26,219 nucleotides of DNA from Vitrella brassicaformis CCMP3155 (Eukaryota > Protista > Chromerida). Made by a program: the position numbers and the translations under genes. The DNA is taken from positions 1-26,219 of the forward strand of contig CDMY01000733.1 in NCBI GenBank assembly GCA_001179505.1, given 5' to 3'. Below, piece by piece: positions 20,953 through 26,219 of this stretch; the stretch's first letter is position 1; every line of letters starts with the position of its first letter. The notes below the pieces were generated by a model, which saw nothing but the letters and a program-made list of their open reading frames with translations, was not told the DNA's origin and did not search any database.

Positions 20953-23214
20953 ATGATGGTTGTCTGTCTGTCTATCTTATAAAGGGGAGATCATGGCTGG
21001 GAACGTTGAACGGCCAGGGGTGCGGTGTGGATGGTTTCTGGCAGGCAGGCAGGGCAGGTCTTTTGTCATCGGTGGCTGTGCTGTGCGGTGGGGTGGGTGG
21101 AGTGAGGCCGGGGTAATTCGATGAGCGATCGAGCCTATAGGCGGGTCAGTCAAGTCAGTCAACGATTATCTGATTGCGTTTTTTCTCCCACCCATGCAGC
21201 CAGCCAGCCAGTCAGCCAGCCAGGCACAGCACAGCACAGCACGTGGGAGGTGAGGTCCATTTTGCATTTTGCATGTGTGTGAGATATCGCATCTATCCAG
21301 TCGGTCATTGATCGCATTAACTAACTGCATAGACAATCCTTTATCCATACATCCATCCCATCGACTGACTGACTTATTGATGGATTGATTCCGCGGTGTT
21401 AATTCTGTCTGTCGCTGGCTCACTCACTCACTGGCGAGGCGAGCGGGAGGTTTTCGTTGAAATCCTTTTCTCCATCCGTCCATGAGTCCATCAGTGAGTA
21501 CCAGTAGGCAGGAATGAGTGTGCACGCGCGGAGAGAGGTTCGAGCAGAGAGGCGGGAGGGCTGTCTTGATGGATACATAGGGCTGTGTGGTGGGTGGGGG
21601 GGGTACCATGGTATATTTAACTAGCACACAATATGTTGGCTGGTTTTGGCTGGCTGGCTGGATGGATGGATGGATTGGATGGGCTCTGTGGGTGGCTGGG
21701 GTGGATGGAATTGACGTGCGTGCGTCCGTTTGTGCGTGCGGCCTCTCGCCGCCCGCCTTGCCTGCCTGCCTGCATGAACGTGTGTACCTTATCTATCTAT
21801 CTGTCTCTGTGGGAGTGTGTGTGTGTGTGTGTATTTCGCCATGAAGGACGGCCCTCCCCTTCCCGTCTCTCCCTGATGGATGGACGGACGGACGGACGAG
21901 TGGGTGGAGGCATTTGTACGTGAGGGGGTGTTAGGTAGGGGGAAATTGGCAGAGGAGGGAGACATTTGTTGTCGTTTTATAACCCAACATGACTGACTGA
22001 CAAGAGTGCGAACGATGAGTAGCTGTCCGTCCGGAGGGTAGGTACATCACATGAGTGCTGTGTGTCTGTGAGTCTGTGAGTTGGATGTATGTGTGGGTGT
22101 CTGTATGTGTGTATGTGTGTATGTGTTTTATTGAGTCAATGGATGAATGCACGGGTGGGTATCCGGCCGGTGCGTAAGGAAGTAGGAAGAGAGGCCCCCC
22201 ATGTAGGCACATACGTGGCTCCACTGCGGGTCTGTCTGTCTGTATAGCCATCGGTGAACTGATTGATCCCGCCAGTCCGCCCGCCCAGCCCCACGTTGGC
22301 AAGATGCGTACCAACGCACTCACTCCCTCACTGCATAGACAGATAGCACCACACAATCGCTCCTGCTGCTGCTGCTGCTGCTGTGTTGTGTTGCTGGGCT
22401 GAGCTGAGCTGAGCTGAGCCGACAGAGAGACGCACATTCCGGTTTCCTGCCTGCCTCCCTAAGAGCATTTTTCTGTCTTGTTTACTTACTTACCGGCTGC
22501 ATGTATCTATCTGTCTATCGAGAAGGCGCGGCGATCGATGGGTGCTCTACTCCCGCCCTCCCGCGCCCGCCTGCCTGCCTGTCTGCCTGTCTGCCTGTCT
22601 GTCTGGCTGTCTGGCTGCCTGTCTGCCCGTCTGTCTGCGCCTGTGCATTGGATGAGGGCGCGGTGGCTGAGTGACTTTATACGTACCTTCGTAATAAAGT
22701 CAGCAGCACAAAAGTGGGAGGTAACTCCACTTTCTACTATTACACAGAGACCGAAAGCTCGCATGGTGGGGGTAGGGACGACGGTGTCAGCAAGCTGTGT
22801 TTGTCCTAATTAGCTGCGTACATGCGCACCTGCGTCCTCCTGACGTGCATTGCATGCCCGGGTTCTTCCTCCTCCTCTGTGTGTTGGTTCCTTTTCTCCC
22901 GATTGGCCTGCCTGCCTGCCTTTATCCGCTCGTCAGTCAGAGATCAATCCGTCCACTTATATGATGACATACATGCACACATGTGTGGCTGTCTGTCTGC
23001 CTGGCTGTCCGGCTGTTTGTCTCTCTGGCGAGTTGGGAAGCGGCATGGATGGATGGATGGATGGACAGAGAGGGACACTGATGTACACATGCAGTGCACC
23101 CACATGATGTGAGATGCTGAAATCGTGCTCGCGGGCAGAGACCTCCACAAATATGTACCTTCCTCCCCTCACACCCTGACACCCACGACCCACCCGCCCG
23201 CCCGCCTTGTCTGT

Positions 23215-25948
23215 TCACCCTTGTGTGTGCAGCAGCAAGCGCGAGTTGATGTCCTGCACACCAGCAGCACACCACAGCACAGCAAAACCACAGACACACA
23301 TTGCCACCTTTGACACGTTTCCTTCCCGCCCACTCTCTGACCCTCAGTTTCTGCAGCAGTGCTGCCTGCGGCAGCTGGTATGTCTCGGCTGCAGCGTTGC
23401 GCACGAAGCCGCCCAGGACGAGCAGCTCGATGGCTGTCGGGTGCCGCCCCACGGCTGCCATGAACCGCTCGTTGGCCATCCTGACGCTCCGGTACTTGTC
23501 GTCGGTGGCGTGGGCCAAGACGTTGGTGAACAGACGAGACACCGTCCTGCAGGAGGTTGGTAAATGGTGAAGTGAAAGAAACAAGGGCAGGGAGAGAGAG
23601 GTGATGGGAGAGGGTAGGGGTTGGATTGGGCTGGGTGTGGGGCTGATATACCTGATACACTCTTGGTATTCGTCTGGCGGCAGGGAGCTCTTGAGACGCA
23701 ATATCATGTCATCCACCTGTACACACCGAAACAAACTTCAGGCAATGTGCCCACTCTCTCTCTCTCTCCTTCTGTGTGTGTGTGTGTGTGTGACCTTTGA
23801 GTAGAGCCCCGCTGCCCCGCTGGACATGTCGGTGCCCAGCGACGACTGATGGTTCAGCGGAGGCGTACCATTCGGCCCTGCACACACAACACACACCACC
23901 CATCATGCCTGTGGGGGCGCGAAGCCATTTGCCCACTGACATCGATTGACGTCGTGCGTACTTGTGACGGCCTGTGTTGCTGCTCTTGGAGTGGAGTCCT
24001 GTGTGTGTGATGGTGGTGGTGGTGGTGGTGGCAGCTGCAGGGACGAGCCGGGCGGAGGTTGCGCTGTTTCGGGGGCAGGGGTGACCGTGCCTGCACAGAG
24101 AACAGCACAACACAACACAGCACAGAGGCGCATTGACGAACAGGAAACCGCACAATGCCGTGCAGTGCAGCATCCATTCATTACTTACCTTGGGTGAGTT
24201 GCGCCTGTGCGTCTCTCTGCAGCTGCGGGGCCACCATCTTGGGCCGCGTGGCCAGGCCATGGCCACCTTGCTTGACGGCCTCCTCCAGTCGTGTCAGTGT
24301 GGAGGTGACGTAACTGTCGAACTGCACCGAGCCGCGCTTGCGCTTGACGTGTGCCATGGCCGCGGACACCGACGTGCCCTGCTCTACCATGAACCACACT
24401 ACCACTGCGCGGCACATGACACAGACAGACAGACAGACAGGCGTTGAGTGTGCCCGTGTGTTTGCGGTTTTGTGTGTGTGTGTGTGTGTGTGTGCACCAG
24501 CGGCGCTGTGGACATCTCCTGAGTGGTCGTACACGAGCACGGCACGGTTCCTCTGCTGTGACGAACGAACCACACGGGCCGCCTGGTGGGTGATTGGATT
24601 GACACAACCAACACACATGGCCCCGTGGGCCCCCACGGGCTCTCCTGCGATGTGTGCGTGCACCGCAGCCACCTACTCACTCACCCACCTCATCGTAGGG
24701 CAGCTCAGCCTTGTCATAACACGATAAATGGACCACACGAGGCCTACACCCACACCGACAAAACACACACATTCATTCATTCATTCATCTAGGTGGTCGG
24801 GTCGGTGAGGCCGTACACCCACCACACTCACTTTCTGTCGAGTGGGCATGGCCGTTGCGTGAGGTTGACGACCGTCCTGACCCGCAGCAGCCGGACCGAC
24901 TGCGGGCTGTTCTTCAACACACCCTCGCCACACACATACAAGGCAAACCCACGACCACTCTGTCCCCACACACAGAGACATCCATCCATACATCCATCCA
25001 CCCACCCATCCATCCATCGGGCACCCACCCAGCCACCATCTGTCTGTCTGTCTTTCATCGTGTGTCTGGTCACCCTCTTGGGTGCGATGATCTCTGACGG
25101 CGTTGGCAGCGGCACCGACGGCTGTTTCCGCCTTCCCCGCCCCTTGCTGCCGCGGACCACGCAGAAGCCAAACCGACGGCTGAAGGCTTGCAGGCCACCT
25201 ACACAGAGGGAGGGGCAGCAAAAGGACAGACAAGGCAACAGACACACACAGCGTGTGTGTGTGTGTGTGTGTGCGTGTGTCCGTCTTTCTGTCTGTCTAT
25301 CTGTCGGCATTCTGCACACACGTGTCGGTGCATTGCACCTACCTACACATTTTACCTTTGACGATGAGGACTTCTTTCGGCCGCGCTTGCGATGAGGACA
25401 GCCAGTCCAGCAGCCCGCCTACACCACTGCTGCTGCCGCTGCCCTGACTGGCGGTGTCTGACGCATCAGAATAGATCACCACCTGCACACGCAACGCACA
25501 CAGCTCAGCCAGCCAGAGTTGTCTTATGCCGACGGATGGACACCGACATACATACCGTTCTCAGTCGGGTGACGTTCCTCAGCCATTCTCTGAATTTCGC
25601 CTCATCAGCGCCCTTGTGCGCCCACGGGTGGACGGCCTCCCGGATGTGATGCCGCTCATACGCGTCGCTAAAATCAGCGCACACCACCAGGTGGGCCCCA
25701 GAAAGACTCACATAAGTGCATGCAGAGCCGGCCGTCTCCCGCTGACTCATGTGTCACCTGTCGCGCGCGTCGAAAAAGATGACCGAGTGGGTGGGCACGT
25801 CCTGGAGCAGGCAGTAGGCCAGGGAGGGCGATATCAGCTGGTGCTTCTCGCGAGAACCGACGCCCTTTTCCTCTTTCTCGCCACCCAGCAGTGACGCCTG
25901 CCTCTGGTGATGACCATCGGATGATTCAGTGCTGCTGCCACAACCCAT
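23215..25948 (-). CDS. 526-aa N-myristoylated/palmitoylated rhodanese (CH2) + dual-specificity pseudophosphatase + PUB domain protein, 13 exons
   Basis: In-phase exons 25948-25758, 25667-25556, 25482-25356, 25198-25074, 24959-24832, 24743-24689, 24582-24498, 24404-24189, 24090-23941, 23877-23795, 23716-23652, 23546-23342 and 23253-23215 total 1581 nt. The protein starts MGCGSS. Rhodanese: FFDARDSDAYERHHIREAVHP, VVIYSD, LIVKGGLQAFSRRF. DSP: PSEII, LYVCG, VRTVVNLT, VLVYDHSGDVHSAAVVVWFM, AMAHVKRKR. PUB: TVSRLFTNVL...DDKYRSVRMANERF...AIELLVLGGF. Confidence 0.88.
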
Positions 25949-25969
25949 TTTCCTTCACTCTTAAAGCTG

Positions 25970-25996
25970 AGCTCGCATCATGAAGCTAAGCTCGCA
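25970..25996 (-). promoter_or_regulatory. Two tandem TGCGAGCT(T/C)AGCTT motifs immediately upstream of the pseudophosphatase-PUB gene
   Basis: The plus strand shows AAGCTGAGCTCGCA and AAGCTAAGCTCGCA, with core 8-mers at 25970-25977 and 25989-25996, 22 and 41 nt from the ATG at 25948. Confidence 0.55.
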
Positions 25997-26219
25997 CCTC
26001 GAAGCGGCGTATGGATGTGCGAAAAGGCCGGTGAGGACCTTTCCTGTAGTTAGCTCAATAGAGGATCTGCTGGGCGGTAAGTCCCAGAGTAAGAGTGCTT
26101 TTACTTTGGCCAATCAGTCAAAGTTGTTTCTGTCCATGTATGGCATCATGAAGGGTGGTCAACACAGATCTCACTTCGGTGATGGCTGTATCTCCTCAGA
26201 ATGCTTTCCTTGTCTTTCC

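Noticed and set aside
20540-22900. Numerous 60-170 aa ORFs in the intergenic region, including a poly-Q stretch from (CTG)n at ~22365
   Set aside because: They are translations of microsatellites (GGAT, GGCT, CTGT, CTG) with no coding signature.
26049-26095. TAGCTCAATAG resembling a tRNA D-arm / A box
   Set aside because: There is no T-loop (GTTCRA) and no cloverleaf pairing.
1-26219. CRISPR array, prophage or autonomous transposon
   Set aside because: There is no regularly spaced repeat-spacer array and no transposase, reverse transcriptase or integrase motif. The DNA is eukaryotic and intron-rich.

Overview
GC-rich, intron-dense eukaryotic DNA with short GT-AG introns full of (GT)n, (CA)n and (GACA)n microsatellites. 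The style resembles a chromerid alveolate such as Vitrella brassicaformis, which is an inference and not a database result. By splicing exons manually I reconstructed seven genes: (1) a small, probably plastid-targeted hypothetical protein with an apparent 1-nt frameshift; (2) TIM50; (3) a hypothetical protein with a duplicated exon; (4) RPS19; (5) NOP58; (6) a ~1995-aa type II surface protein with Cys-rich modules, a long acidic stalk and a C-terminal FAS1 domain; (7) a 526-aa N-acylated protein combining rhodanese, dual-specificity pseudophosphatase and PUB domains. Main points of interest are the pseudophosphatase-PUB fusion (a candidate membrane-anchored p97/Cdc48 adaptor), a sense-oriented TGCGAGCT motif upstream of six of the seven genes with inverted pairs at both divergent promoters, and the giant FAS1 adhesin-like protein. 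I found no supportable tRNA, rRNA, CRISPR array or autonomous mobile element.
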